In this document: positions 1 through 15,662 of the stretch, in pieces
Layout: every line of letters starts with the position of its first letter
How positions within the stretch are numbered: position 1 is the stretch's first letter
Assembly (NCBI RefSeq): GCF_009914755.1
Contig: NC_060929.1
DNA: 64,000 nucleotides
Strand: one strand, 5' to 3'
DNA from: the human T2T-CHM13v2.0 reference genome, Homo sapiens
Translations under genes and position numbers: made by a program
The notes under the pieces: model-generated
What the model was told of the DNA's origin: nothing
The model's database searches: none
The model's input: the letters and a program-made list of their open reading frames with translations, nothing else

Positions 1-152
1 CCCTTTGCCCATTTTTTGATGAGGTTGTTTGTTTTTTGCTTGTTAATTTGTTTAAGTTCCTTATAGATTCTGGATATTAGACCTTTGTTGGATGCATAGT
101 TTGCTGATATTTTCTCCCATCCTGTAGGTTGTCTGTTTACTCTGTTCATAGT
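1..152 (-). mobile_element. Outer host L1 (L1PB/late-L1PA type) ORF2 3' fragment; resumes at 20707
   Basis: L1 ORF2 sequence ending ...ctgttcatagtt; continues as atagtctgatgtgcagaagctc at 20707. Confidence 0.75.
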
Positions 153-514
153 TGTTTTTATTTTTTAATTTTATGGGTACATAATAAGTGTACATATTTA
201 TGGGGTATATGAGACATTTTGATACAAGCATGCAATGCACAATAATCACATCATGGAAAATGGAATGGCCATTCCCTTAAACATTTATTCTTTGCACAAA
301 CAAACCAGTTATGCTCTTTTAGTTATTTTTAAATATACAACTAAATTATTTAGACCATAGTCACCCTATTCTGCTGTCAAATACTATGTCTTATTCATTT
401 TTTCTATTTTTTATCCTCATTAAAAATCTCCACTTTCTGTCCACACCCCACTAAACTTTCTAGCCTTTGTTAACCATTCTTCTACTGTCTATCTCCATGG
501 GTTCAAAAAATATA

Positions 515-3127
<2,613 letters not shown>

Positions 3128-3140
3128 ATATTTTGTTTTG

Positions 3141-3435
3141 TTTTTCCTTTTTGAGACAGGTCTTGCTGTGTCACCCAGGCTGGAGTGCAGTGGTATTAAC
3201 AGAACTCAGTGCAGCCTTGACATCCTGGGCTCAAGCAATCCTCCTGCCTCAGCCTCCTGAATAGCTGGGACCACAGGCATGTGCTGCCATGCCCAGCTAC
3301 TTTTTTGATTTTTTTTGTAGAGATGAGGTCTCACTTTGTTACCCAGTTTGGCCTTGAATTCCTGGGCTCAAGTGATCCTTTAACCTCAGCCTCCAAAAGT
3401 GCTGCGGTTACAAGCATGCGCCACCATACCTGGCC
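3141..3435 (-). mobile_element. AluJ
   Basis: Dimeric Alu with J-type features (cctgggctcaag, gcagccttgac). Confidence 0.88.
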
Positions 3436-3605
3436 TTGTTTTGATTTTTAGGTACCACAAATAAGTAAGAACATACGATATTTGTCTTTCTGTGCCTGGT
3501 TTATGTCACTTATAATGACATCCAGTTTCATCCAGGTTGTTGCAAATGACTGGATCTTGTTTTTTTTATGGCTGAATAGTACTCCATTGTGTATATGTAC
3601 CACAC

Positions 3606-3901
<296 letters not shown>

Positions 3902-5528
3902 CATTTTCTTTACCCGTTCATCTGATGATGGACATGTAGATTGCTTCCAAATCTTGGCTATTGTGAACACTGCTGCAATGAACAATGGGAGTGCAGTTAT
4001 CTCTTCAATATACTGATTTCCGTTCTTTTGGAAAGAAAGGAAATCCTACCTAGCAGTGGGATTTCTGGATCACTTGGTAGCTCTATTTTTGGCTTTTTGA
4101 GGAAACTCCAAACTGTTCTCCATAGTGCTTGTACTAATTTACATTCCCACCAACAATGTACAAAGGTTCCCTTTTTTTCACCTCTCCAGCATTTTTTATT
4201 GCCTGTCATTTGGATAAAAGCCATTTTAACTGTGGTAAGATGATATCTCATTGTAGTTTTGATTTGCATTTCTCTGATTATCAGTGATGTTGAGTATCTT
4301 TTCCTATACCTGTTTGCTATTAGTATGTCTTCTTTTGAGAAACATCTATTCAACTCTTTTGCCCATTTTAAAATTAGATTATTAGATTTTTTTTTCTATA
4401 GAGTTGTTTGAGCTCCTTCTACATTCTGGTTATTCATCACTTGTTAGATGGGTAGATTGTAAATATTTTCTCTCAATCTGTGGGTTGTCTCTTCACTTTG
4501 TTGATTGTTTGCTTTTCTGTGCAGAAGGTTTTTAAGTTGATGTGATCCCATATATCCATTTTTTTCCTTTGGTTCCCTGTGATTGTGGGGTATTACTCAA
4601 GAAATTTTTGCCCAGACTGATGTTCCGGAGAGTTTCCCCAATGTTTTCTTGTAGTCGTTTTATAGTTTGATGTCTTAGATTTAAGTCTTTAATCCATTTT
4701 AATTCAATATTTGTATATGGTGAGAGATAGGGGTCTAGTTTCATTCCTCTGCATATGGATATCTAGTTTCCCAGCACAGACTGTCTTTTCTCGAGTTTAT
4801 GTTCTTGGCACCTTCATCGAAAATGAGTTCATTATAGATATGTGGATTTGTTTTTTGGTTCTCTATTCTGTTCCATTCATCTATGTGTCTGTTTTTATGC
4901 CAGTGCCATGATGTTTTGGTTACTATATCTCTATGGTATAATTTGAAGTCAGGTAATGTGATTCTTCCGGTTTTGTTCTTTTTGCTCAAGATACCTTTAG
5001 GTATTATGGGTATTTTGTAGTTCTATATACATTTTCAGATTGTCTTTTCTATTTCTGTGAAGAATGTCCATGGTATTTTGACAGGGATTGCATTGAATTT
5101 GTAGATTACTTTGGGTAGTATGAACATTTTTACAATATTGATTCTTCCAGTCCATAAACATGCAATATCTTTCCATTTTTTTGTGTCCTCTTCAATTTCT
5201 TTCATCAGCATTTTATATTTTTCATTGTGGAGATCTTTCACTTCTTTGGTTAATTCCTAGGTATATTTAGTTTTATTCGTGGCTATCGTAAATGGGATTA
5301 CTTTTTAATTTCATTTTCAGATTGTTCACTGTTGGGACATATAGAAATACTACTAATTTTTGTATGTTGATTTTGTATCCTGCAACTTTACTGAATTTAT
5401 TGTTTTAATAGTTTTTTGGAGTCTTTAGATTTTTTTAAAACTGAGATTATATCATCTGCAAACAAGGATAATTTGATTTCTTCCTTTCTAATTTGGATGT
5501 CCTTTATGTCTTCTCTCTCTCTCTCTTT

Positions 5529-5663
5529 CTTTTTTTTTTTTTTTTTTGAGATGAGGACTTGCTTTGTTGCCCAGGCTGGTCTCGAACTCCTGGGCTCAAG
5601 CAATCCTCCTGCCTCAGCCTCCCAAAGTGCTGGGATTACAGGTGTAACTCACTTCGCCTGGCC
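5529..5663 (-). mobile_element. Alu monomer (FLAM)
   Basis: Single left-monomer Alu with T tail. Confidence 0.8.
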
Positions 5664-5896
5664 TAGGAAGCCCTTTATTTCTTTCTCTTGTCTAATTGCT
5701 CTAGCTAAGAGTACTATGTTGAATACTATGTTGAATAACAGTGGTGAAAGTGGGCATCCTTGTCATATTCTAGATCCTAGAGAAAAGGCTTTGAGTTTTT
5801 GCCTGCTCAGTATGATACTAGCTGTGAGTCTGTCATATATGGTTTTTATTATGTTGAGGTATGTTCCTTCTATACCCAGATTTTTGAGGGTTTTTA

Positions 5897-6611
5897 AGAT
5901 TTCAATAGTTTTGGGAAACAGGTCGTTTTCAGTTACATGGGTAAGTTATTTAGTGGTGATTTCTGAGATTTTGGTGCACCTGTCACCCAAGCAGTGTACA
6001 CCGTACCTAATATGTGTAGTCTTTTATCTTTCACTCCCCTCCCACCCTTCCCTCCAAGTCCCCCAAATCCATTATATCATTCTTATGTCTTTGCATTCTC
6101 ATAGCTTAGCTCTCACTTGTATGTGAGAATATACAATATTTGGTTTTCGATTTCTGAGTTACTTCACTTAGAAAAATGGCGTCCAGGTCCACCCAAGCTG
6201 CTGCAAAAGCTATTATTTTATTTAGTTTATGGCTGAGTAGTATTGCATGGTGTATATATACCACATTTTCTTTATCCACTTGTTGGCTGATGGGCATTTA
6301 GGTTGGTTCCATATTTTTGCAATTGTGAATTGTGCTGCTATCAACATGGCTTGCACATGTGTCTTTTTCATGTAATGACTTCTTTTCCTTTGGGTAGATA
6401 CCTGATAGTGGCATTGCTGGATCAAATAATAGCTCTACTTCTAAATCTTTAAGAAATCTCCAAACTGTTTTCCATAGTGGTTGTGCTGGTTTACATTCCC
6501 ACCAATAGTATAAAAGAGTGTCCTTTTCACCACATTCATGCCAACATCTATTACTTTTTGATTTTTAAATTATAGTAATTCTTGCAGGAGTGAGGTAGTG
6601 TCTCATTGTGC
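5897..6611 (-). mobile_element. L1PB 3' end, copy A (~715 bp)
   Basis: ttcaatagttttgggaaacagg...gagattttggtgcacc, an L1PB-type 3' UTR. Confidence 0.8.
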
Positions 6612-9100
6612 ATTAGGAAATTTAGTATACAATAAAGACAGCATTTTTATTGAGGAAAGGATGCATTTTAAAAAACAAGTTTTTCAAAAATATAGGGAGG
6701 ATTGTGGTTACTTCTAGAAACAGTAGTGCAGTCAGGAAAAATTCAGCACAATATGTATCAGTGGAATTCATCTGATCAAACTTAAAATATTATTCCTTGC
6801 ATTATAGTTCTGAGCAGGTACCATAGATAATAGTTCTATTGTGTTGTTCACTTTAAACTAGAGCAAGAAACTTTTCTAATAAGTGGAATTGGGAGCTGTC
6901 TAGCTGGTGTTGGCCTGATAAATGCTTAATACACATGAATGTGCATGCATATGTATGCATATACCATATACATATATTATAAATTTAACTGATATAAAAG
7001 ATGTTTGGTAAATAGTTTAAAATAGTAATAAAATATACAATTCTCCCTATTATCAATTATTACAGAATGTTTCCCTTGATTTTTGCTGAACTTTTCTATC
7101 CATAAACTATCTATGGTTGTAATTGACAAGTATAGTTCTCACATGAATGTCTGTTGGTATTTTCATTTATCTTAACAAATAATATAGAGTAAAATGACAA
7201 AGACATTGAATCTTGACCTGTTTGTCAATGATGTGACTTCCTTGCTGCATTGGATAATACCTCTTAAATACTGGAAAATTATTTGTTGATTTTTGGTCTA
7301 TTCACAATGTAACAGCTACAAATATGATACACTTTAAAAAATAATGGTATAATTTAACTTTTTAATTTTTTTATTTCAATGGGTTTTTGGGGAACAGTAT
7401 TTGGTTACATGAATAACTACTTTAGTGGTCATTGCTGAGATTTTGGTGCACCCATCACCCGAGCAGTATACATTGCACCCAGTTTGTAGTCTTTTATTCC
7501 TCACCCCCTTCCCACCCTTTCCCCCTAAGTCCCCAAAGTCCATTGTATTATACTTATGCCTTTGCATCCTCATAGCTTAGCTCCCACTTATGAATGAGAA
7601 CATGTGGTGTTTGGTTTTCCATTCCTGAGTTTCTTCACTTAGAATAATGGTCTCCAGTTCCATCCAGGTTGCTGAGAATGCCATTATTTCATTCCTTTTT
7701 ATGGCTGAGTAGTATTCCATGGTGTATTATATATATAATACATATATTTTATATATATGTATATTACAATTCCTTTATACACTTGTTGATTGGTGGCTAT
7801 TTGGTCTGATTCCAAATTTTTACAATTGTGAATTGTGCTGCTATAAACTTGTGTGTTCAAGTATCTTTTTCATATAATGACTTTTTTTTCCTCTGGGTAG
7901 ACACCCAGTAGTGGGACTGCTGGATCAAATAGTAGTTTTACTTTTAGTTCTTTAAGGAATCTCCACACTGTTTTCCATAGTGGTTGTACTAGTTTACATT
8001 CCCACCAGCAGTGTAAAATTGTTCCCTTTTCACCACATTCTGGCCAACATCTATTATTTTTTTATTATGACCATTTTTGCAAGAATAAGATGGTATCACA
8101 TTATTGTTTTAATTTGCATTTTCCTGATAATTAGTGATGTTGAGCATTTTTTTATATGTTTCATATCTTCTTCTGAGAATTGTCTGTTTATGTCCTTAGC
8201 TCACTTTTTGATGGGATTTGTTTTTCTTACTGATTTGTTTGACTTCCTTGTAGGTTCTGGATATTAGTCCTTTGTCTGATGCAGAATTTGTGACTATTTT
8301 CTCCCACTCTGTGGGTTGTCTGTTTACTTTGCTAATTCTTTTCTATGCAGAAGCTTTTTAGTTTAATTAGGTCCCATTTATTTATTTTTGTTGTAGTTGC
8401 ACTTTCTTTTGGGTTCTCAGTCATGAATTGTTTGCCTAAGCCAATGTCTAGAAGAGTTTTTCTGCTGTTATATTTTAGAATTTTCATGGTTTCAGGTTTT
8501 AGATTTAAGTCTTTGATCCATCTTGAGTTGATTTTTGTGTAAGGTGAGAGATGAGGATCCAGTTTCATTCTTCCACATGAGGCTTGGCAGTTATCCCAGT
8601 ACCATTTCTTGAATAAGGTGTCCTTTCCACACTTTGTGTTTGTATGCTTTGTTGAAGATCAGTTGGCTGTAAGTATTTGACTATATTTCTGGTGCTCTCT
8701 TCTGTTTCATAGGTCTGTGTGCCTATTTTTATACCAGTACCATGCTGGTTTGATAACTACAGCCTTTTAGTATAATTTAAAGTCAGGTAATGTGATGCCT
8801 TCAGATTTCTTCTTTTTGTTTTGTATTGCCTTGGGGATGTGGGCTCTTTTTTGGTTCCATATGAACTTTAGGATTGTGTTTTTCTAGTCATGTGAAGAAT
8901 GATAATGATATTTTGCTGGAAATTGCATTGAATCTATAGATTGCTTTTGACAGTATGGTCAGTTTCACAGTATTGATTCCTGTCATCCATTAACATGGAA
9001 CATATTCCATTTGTTTGTGTCATTTATGATTTCCTTCAGCAGTGTTTTGTAGTTTTCCTTGTAGAGATCTTTCACCTCCTTGGTTAAGTATATTCCGAAG

Positions 9101-9546
9101 TGTATTAGTCAGGGTTCTCTAGAGGGACAGAATTAATAGGCTAGATGTGTATATAAAGGGGAGTTTATTAAGGAGTATTAACTCACACAATCACAAGGCC
9201 CAACAATAGGCCATCTGCAAGCTGAGGAGCAAGGAATCCAATCTGAGTCCCAAAGCTGAAGAACTTGGAATCCGATGTTCAAGGGGAGGAAGATCCAGCA
9301 TGGGAGAAAGATGTAGGCTGGGAGGCTAAGCCAGTCTAATCTCTCCACGTTCTTCTGTCTGCTTTTATTCTGGCTGCACTGGCAGCTGATTAGATCGCAC
9401 CCACCCAGACTGAGGGTAAGTGTGTCTTTCCCAGTCCACTGACACAAATGTTAGTCTCCTTTGATAACACCCTCACAGACACACCCAGGAACAATACTTT
9501 GCATCCTTCAATCCAATCAAGTTGACACTCAGTATTAACCATCACA
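9101..9546 (-). repeat. HERV-L 3' LTR (MLT2A1-like)
   Basis: tgtattagtcagggttctc...ttaaccatcaca; adjacent to the polypurine tract. Confidence 0.9.
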
Positions 9547-10000
9547 AGTCCTCCCCTTGTCAACTTGAACCCATACACACCTCCTGAAATTATAGATAAT
9601 CTTCAAATTAAGACAATAATAAGGTCATAATTATTCCCAACATGATACAACTATCCTTCATACAACCAAGAATGCACCAATTCCCAACCCAAATGCTATT
9701 ACATAAAGTTAACATTTAAATTTTCATATGAAGTCAATAAATCTTATGTCACATGATAAACAAGAAAGGAAATAAAATGAAGATATTTTCTTAGTACAAA
9801 TGTATAAATGCACAAACATGTTTTTAACAAAGAAGGAGGAAATACTCACGACAATTAAAGTCCTCATTTCTGCAACTGGTTGTGTGGTTCATAGCTGGTA
9901 TTGATGACTACCTTCCTCTACTACTCATTCTGTATTCCCTTTGCCTTCAGCAAGCACCTCAGCAGGTAGTGGTTTTTTCCTGGTGTAGTGACCCAAACCT

Positions 10001-10360
10001 TCATTCCTGAAGGATCTGGGCCATTTGTAGTCCTGCCTGGATTGTGCTGTTGTAGTTTCCCATTGACACAGGGCATGGTAATACTAAGAGACACCCTAAG
10101 GGATCTTGTGTATTCCATGCATACTCTTCCTTACCTCCACTGTGGAGTAGTAGACTGATTTCATCTTGAGAGTCTGGGTCAGTCACCCCAGCCAACACTG
10201 TAACTTCCTTCTTAGATTGTTGGTTTAAAGGTAGGAGGAGCCCAAAAAGTGTCCCGGTGTCAATCTTAATTTCCAGTTTAATGGAATCGTGGTTGTGTCT
10301 TCTGGTGGCAGCATTCCTCCCTCTGGAACTAAGACCTCTAGGCCAGCAGAACATAATGTC
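10001..10360 (-). pseudogene. HERV-L dUTPase, frameshifted
   Basis: GLEVLVPEGGMLPP...WKLRL.PGHF and VTVLAGVTDPDSQDEISLLLH in adjacent frames. Confidence 0.75.
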
Positions 10361-13300
10361 ACAGGGACAGTAAGCAAAAATTTTACTAGTGGGTCACTAG
10401 GGGTGATGGTAAGTGGTGCCACTTCCACTTCCACCCCTTGATTCCTGGACCTGTGAATTCCGGCTATGGGAGAAACAGTACCATATATTGGATGCTGATT
10501 CAGAGCATACACAACCTTCTGGAGAATTTTGCCCCAGCCCTGCAAAGTATTGTCACCTAGTTGACATTGTAATTGTGACTTCAAAAGGCCATTCCATCAT
10601 TCTATCAATCCAGCTGCTTCAGGATGATGGGGAACATGTAAAGACCAGTGAATTCCATATGCATGAGCCCGCTGCTGCACTTCTTTAGTCGTAAAGTGAG
10701 TGCCTTGGTCAAAGGCAATGCTGTGTGGAATACCACGATGGTGGATAAGGCATTCTGTGAGTCCACAGATGGTAATCTTGGCAGAAGCAATGTGTGCAGG
10801 ATAGGCAAACCCATATCCAGAGTAAGTGTCTATTCCAGTGAGGACAAATCGCTGCCCTTTCTATGATGGAAGAGGTCCAATATAATCAACTTGCCACCAG
10901 GTAGCTGGCTGATCACCCTGAGGAATGGTGCCATATCAAGGGCTCAGTGTTGGTCTCTGCTGCTGGCAAATTGGGCACTCAGCAGTGGCTGTAGCCAGGT
11001 CAGCCTTGGTGAGTGGAAGTCCCTGTTGCTGAGCCCATGTGTAACCTCCATCCCTGCCACCATGGCCACTTTGTTCATGGGCCCATTGGGTGATGACAGG
11101 GGTGGCTGGGGAAAGAGGCTAAGTGGTGTCCACAGAACGAGTCATCCTATCCACTTGTTTATTAAAATCCTCCTCTGCTGAGGCCAGCCGTTGGTGAGCA
11201 CTCACATGGGATACAAATATCTTCACAGTTTTTGACCACTCAGAGAGGTCCATTCACATACCTTTTCCCCAAATTTCTTTGTCACCAATTTTCCAATCAT
11301 GCTTCTTCCAAGTCCTTAACCATCCAGCCAAACCACTGGCTACAGCCCATTAATCAGTATATAATTGCACATCCGGCCATTTCTCCTTCATGAAAAGTGC
11401 ACAACCAGGTGCACTGATTGAAGTTCTGTCCACTGGGAAGATTTCCCTTCACTGCTGTCCTTCAGGTATGTCCTAGGAAGGGGCTGTAGTGCTGCAGCTG
11501 TCCACTTTCAGGTGGTGGACATATCATGCAGAACCATCTGTGAACCAGTCCTTAGTCTTCTCTTCCTCATCAACTGATCATAGGGAACTCCCCATGAGGC
11601 CATTGTTGCAAGCTGGGGAAGAGAAGGAAGGGCGGCAGGAGTGGAGACCATGGGAATTTGAGCCACTACCTCATGTAACTTACTTGTGCCTTCAGGACCT
11701 GCTCGAGCCCGATCACATATATACCACTTCCATTTGATGATGGAATGCTGCTGTGCGCACCCCACTTTATGGCTAGATGGATCAGAAAGCACCCAGTTCA
11801 TGATAGGCAGTTCAGGTTGCTTGGTGACTTGATGACCCATAGTCAAATGTTCAGTTTCCACCAAAGCCCAGTAATAGGCCAAGAGCTGTCTCTCAAAAGG
11901 AGAGTAGTTAGCTGCAGAAGATGGAAGGGCCTTGCTCCAAAATCCTTGAGGTCTCCACTGTGATTCACTTATGGGGGCCTGCCAAAGGCTCCAAATAGCA
12001 TCCCTATCTGCCACTGACACCTCAAGCACCATTGGATCTGCTGGGTCATATGGCTCGAGAAACAGAGCAACTTGCACACAGCCTGGACGTGTTGTAGAGT
12101 CTTCTCCTGTTCTGTACTACATTAAAAAGTGAGAGCCTTTTTGGTTACTCGATAAATGGGCTGGAGTAACATACCCAAATGAGGAATGTGTTGCCTCCAA
12201 AATCCAATAGTCCCAAATAAGCCTCTTTCGTGGTTGTAGGAGGGGCCAAATGCAGCAACTTATCCTTCACCTTAGAAGGAATATCTTGATAGGCCCCACT
12301 CCACTGGACCCCTAGAAATTTTACTGAGGTAGAAGGTTCCTGAATTTTAGTCATTTATTTTCCATACTCTGGCATGCAAATGTCTCACCAATAAGCCCAG
12401 TGTGTTTGCTACTTCTCACTCACTGGGTCCAATCAGCAAAATGTCATCAAGGTAATGAACCAGTGTGATATCTTATGGAAGGGAAAATCAATCAAGTTCT
12501 CTCCAAACAAGATTATGACACAAAGCCAGAGAGTTGATATACCCCTGAGGTAGGATGGTAAAGATATATTGCTGGCCTTGCTGACTGAAGGCAAATTGCT
12601 TCTGGTGGGCCTTATGGACAGGAATGGAGAAAAAGGCATTTGCCAAATCAATGGTTGCATACCAGGTACCAAGAGATGTGTTAATTTGTTCAAGCAATGA
12701 AACCACATCTAGTACAGCAGCTGCAATTGCAGTTACCATTTGGTTAAACTTATGATAATCCACTGTCATTCTCCAAGATCCATCTGTCTTCTTCACAGGC
12801 TAAATAGGAGAGCTGAACGGGGATGTGGTGGGAATCACAACCCCTGCACATTTTGAGTCCTTGATGGTGGCACTAATCTCTGCAACCCATCCAGAGATGT
12901 GATATGTTTTTTGATTTACTATTTTTCTAGGTAGAGGCAGCTCTAATTGGTCTTCCTATTTTGTCTTTTCCATCATAATAGCCCTCACTCTACCAGTCAG
13001 GGAGCCAATGTGGGGGTTCTGCTAGCTGCTAAGTATACCTATGCCAATTATGCATTCTGGCACTGGGGAAATGACCACAGGATGAGTCCAGGGACCCACT
13101 GGACCCACTCTAAGTCAGACTTCAGCTAAAACTCCATAAGCCCCTACTTTAACTGGAGGACCACCAGGACGTTTTCGGTCCCCTGGAGTCAACGTCAGCT
13201 TAGAGACACTGTTCAGTAGTCCCTGAAATGGCAATCATTTCCCTTTCCCCAATCACAGTTACTCTGGTAAAAAGCCGTAGGTCTCCATGGGGAAGGATGG
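10360..13300 (-). pseudogene. HERV-L pro-pol (RT, RNase H, integrase), fragmented
   Basis: [13 protein letters not shown]...LPQGYINS (12488-12796); YLDD at 12443-12454; RNaseH-like NYSPFERQLLA (11508-12077); integrase remnants 10400-10900. Confidence 0.85.
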
Positions 13301-13429
13301 GAGAAAGACTAACAGCATAAATTGTTGTCAGTGTCATCCTTGTATCCCTGGGATAAATCCCACTTGGTCATAATAAGTGATCTTTTAACAGCGTAAATTG
13401 TTGTCAAGGGGAACCAGCCTCCCCTTCAT

Positions 13430-15172
13430 TTAAGGGATTCTAGGTCTGTAAACTGGTTTAAGTCTGGAAATTGATTGAGGGGAAATTGATCCTCTGTTTT
13501 TATAATTCAAATTAGTCTTTTGTCCACTTGACCTGGAAGTTTTCTGCTTATATAAATTAAATAAGAATGCAATAGGCTTCCTATCATTTTCACTTCTAGG
13601 AACACCATGATTAATCAACAGATGCCAGAGATCTACATGAGTCAGACTATTGTGATTGCTGCTTTGCCTCTGCTGTCCATTATGGTAGCTATGCCCACCT
13701 TGCCTTTGACAGTTGACTGGCCCCTGCCACCTCGAGATCCAATTATTCCCATTGCATTTAAGTTTTGTAGTTGAGTGACTGTGGTTCCTACTGTAAAATC
13801 TGGCATACAGAGAAGAGCAATCACAAAGCTCTTCAAGGATGCAGGTACTCCCCTCACAAATCTATTTTGCAAAGTATTAGTCAAGGATATATTTTCTGGA
13901 TCCTCCCAGCTGGGATGAGTAGGTCTAAACTGACTAATCCACTCCACCATCCCAATCTCCCTAAACCTTTTGATCCCTTCCTCTACATTAAACCAAGGGA
14001 GATCAGGCATTTCCAGCTTGCTCACAGTGGGCCATCTTTTAATCCATATTTCAGCTAACCAAGCACATAAATTATCAGAACCTTTTTAAACTCCCCAAGC
14101 TGCAACATTAAATGCAGAATCCCTGCTTAGTGGGCCCAAATCAATAAATTCAGCCTGATCCAATGCCTTGGATCTATGTTCCATCCACCATTATCCCACA
14201 CCCTTAATATCCATTCCTATGCCTGTCCTCCAGATTTTTGCTTATATAAATAAGAAAGCTCAAGCAGTTCTTTTCGAGTGTAGCACACCTCCTCATGGGT
14301 TATACTCTGAACCTCACCCCTAGGGCCCTCCTGGGACTTTAGTCTAGTTATAGGTCTAGAAGCAAACAGGGGTGGTGGGGGGTGGGTCCTGAGGAGAATC
14401 AACATTATCTTGCCTGGCAACTGCCTCAGGGGAAGCCATCACTGTTGCCTCAGGCAGTGCAGGGTTTTTCTCCTCAGACAAATGTGGAAAGGCTGATGGC
14501 AGTGTGGGTTGGGGAGGACATGTTGCCACTACTGGGGATGAGAAAGCTGTTTCTTCTGGCAAAAAAAGTTTCATCAGAATTTACAATCTCAGTGTCCCCA
14601 GCTTCATCAGGGTCCTTTTACATATCCCCATTCCAAGTTTCAGGATCCCATTCTTTTCCAATCAATGCCCTCATTTCAACAGTAGACACCTGGCAAGGCT
14701 GTGCATGCACCTTTCATTGCAGGTCAGCCACTGGTATGATAAGAACTTGTGTCCAATTTCCCGCAATTTCAGCTCTTTCTCTACAGGAGATAAGACTCTC
14801 ACTCAGGGCAATCTTAGCAGGTTTGAGGTTCAGTATCTGCTTCTGAAGCTAGGAATTAGAATCCCTAAGTTCATCATTTTCTTTCATCACTTTGTCCAGT
14901 GAACTTAGGAGGAACCAACCAACTTCATTATGTTCCTTAGTTCCCCACATATGGTCAAAGGTATTACATATAGAGTTACTAAACTCCTTGCCTCTCACGA
15001 ACCGTGCATCAGGAGTGTCAAATGAATTTATTTTGTGTAACTCTGTAAACAGTTCGTGCCAAGGACTATCAGTGTTCTCCATACTATTAGAAGTACAGTC
15101 CTTAGCATTTTTGGGTCTAATCATATTAAGCAGCCTTCTCCAGAAACCCCAAAACCAATGAAAGAACTCCAT
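13430..15172 (-). pseudogene. HERV-L gag, fragmented
   Basis: ORF fragments 14849-15172, 14356-14574, 13642-14025 (LEMPDLPWFNVEEGIKRFREIG) and 13430-13618. Confidence 0.75.
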
Positions 15173-15216
15173 CCTTAATAGTCTGTTCTTCTGGAACCAC
15201 TCCTGGGACCAAAATC

Positions 15217-15662
15217 TGTATTAGTCAGAGCTCTCTAGAGGACAGAACTAATAGGATAGATGTATATATAAAGGGGAGGTTACTAAGGAGTATTAACTCA
15301 CATGATCACAAGGTCCCACAATAGGCCATCTGCAAGCTGAGGAGCAAGCAAGCCAATCCAAGTCCCAAAGCTGAAGAACTTGGAGTCCAATGTTCAAGGG
15401 CAGGAAGCATTCAGCACAGGAGAAAGATGTAGGCTGGGAGGCTAAGTCAGTCTAATCTCTCCATGTTCTTCTGCCTGTTTTTATTCTGGCTGTGCTGGCA
15501 GCTGATTAGATTGTGCCCACCCAGATTGAGGGTAGATCTGCCTTTCCCAGTCCACTGACTCAAATGTTAATCTCCTTTGATGACACCCTCACAGATATAC
15601 CCAGGAACAATACTTTGCCTCCTGTAATCCAGTCAAGTTGACCCTCAGTATTAACCAGTACA
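15217..15662 (-). repeat. HERV-L 5' LTR (MLT2A1-like)
   Basis: tgtattagtcag...ttaaccagtaca; adjacent to the PBS. Confidence 0.9.

Larger units (their letters stand above)
9101..15662 (-). mobile_element. Complete HERV-L provirus (MLT2A LTRs, gag-pol-dUTPase, no env), 6.56 kb
   Basis: Two ~446-bp LTRs; 5-bp TSD CGAAG/CTAAG; PBS-like GATTTTGGTCCCAGGAGTGG after the 5' LTR; PPT AAGGGGAGGACT before the 3' LTR; RT LPQG and YLDD motifs. Confidence 0.93.

Noticed and set aside
5416-6126. 236-aa plus-strand ORF
   Set aside because: Antisense read of L1 + FLAM + L1PB; no coding signal
10001-15172. Domesticated ERV-L gag/pol gene (Fv1-like)
   Set aside because: All frames are broken by stops and frameshifts; longest piece is 189 aa
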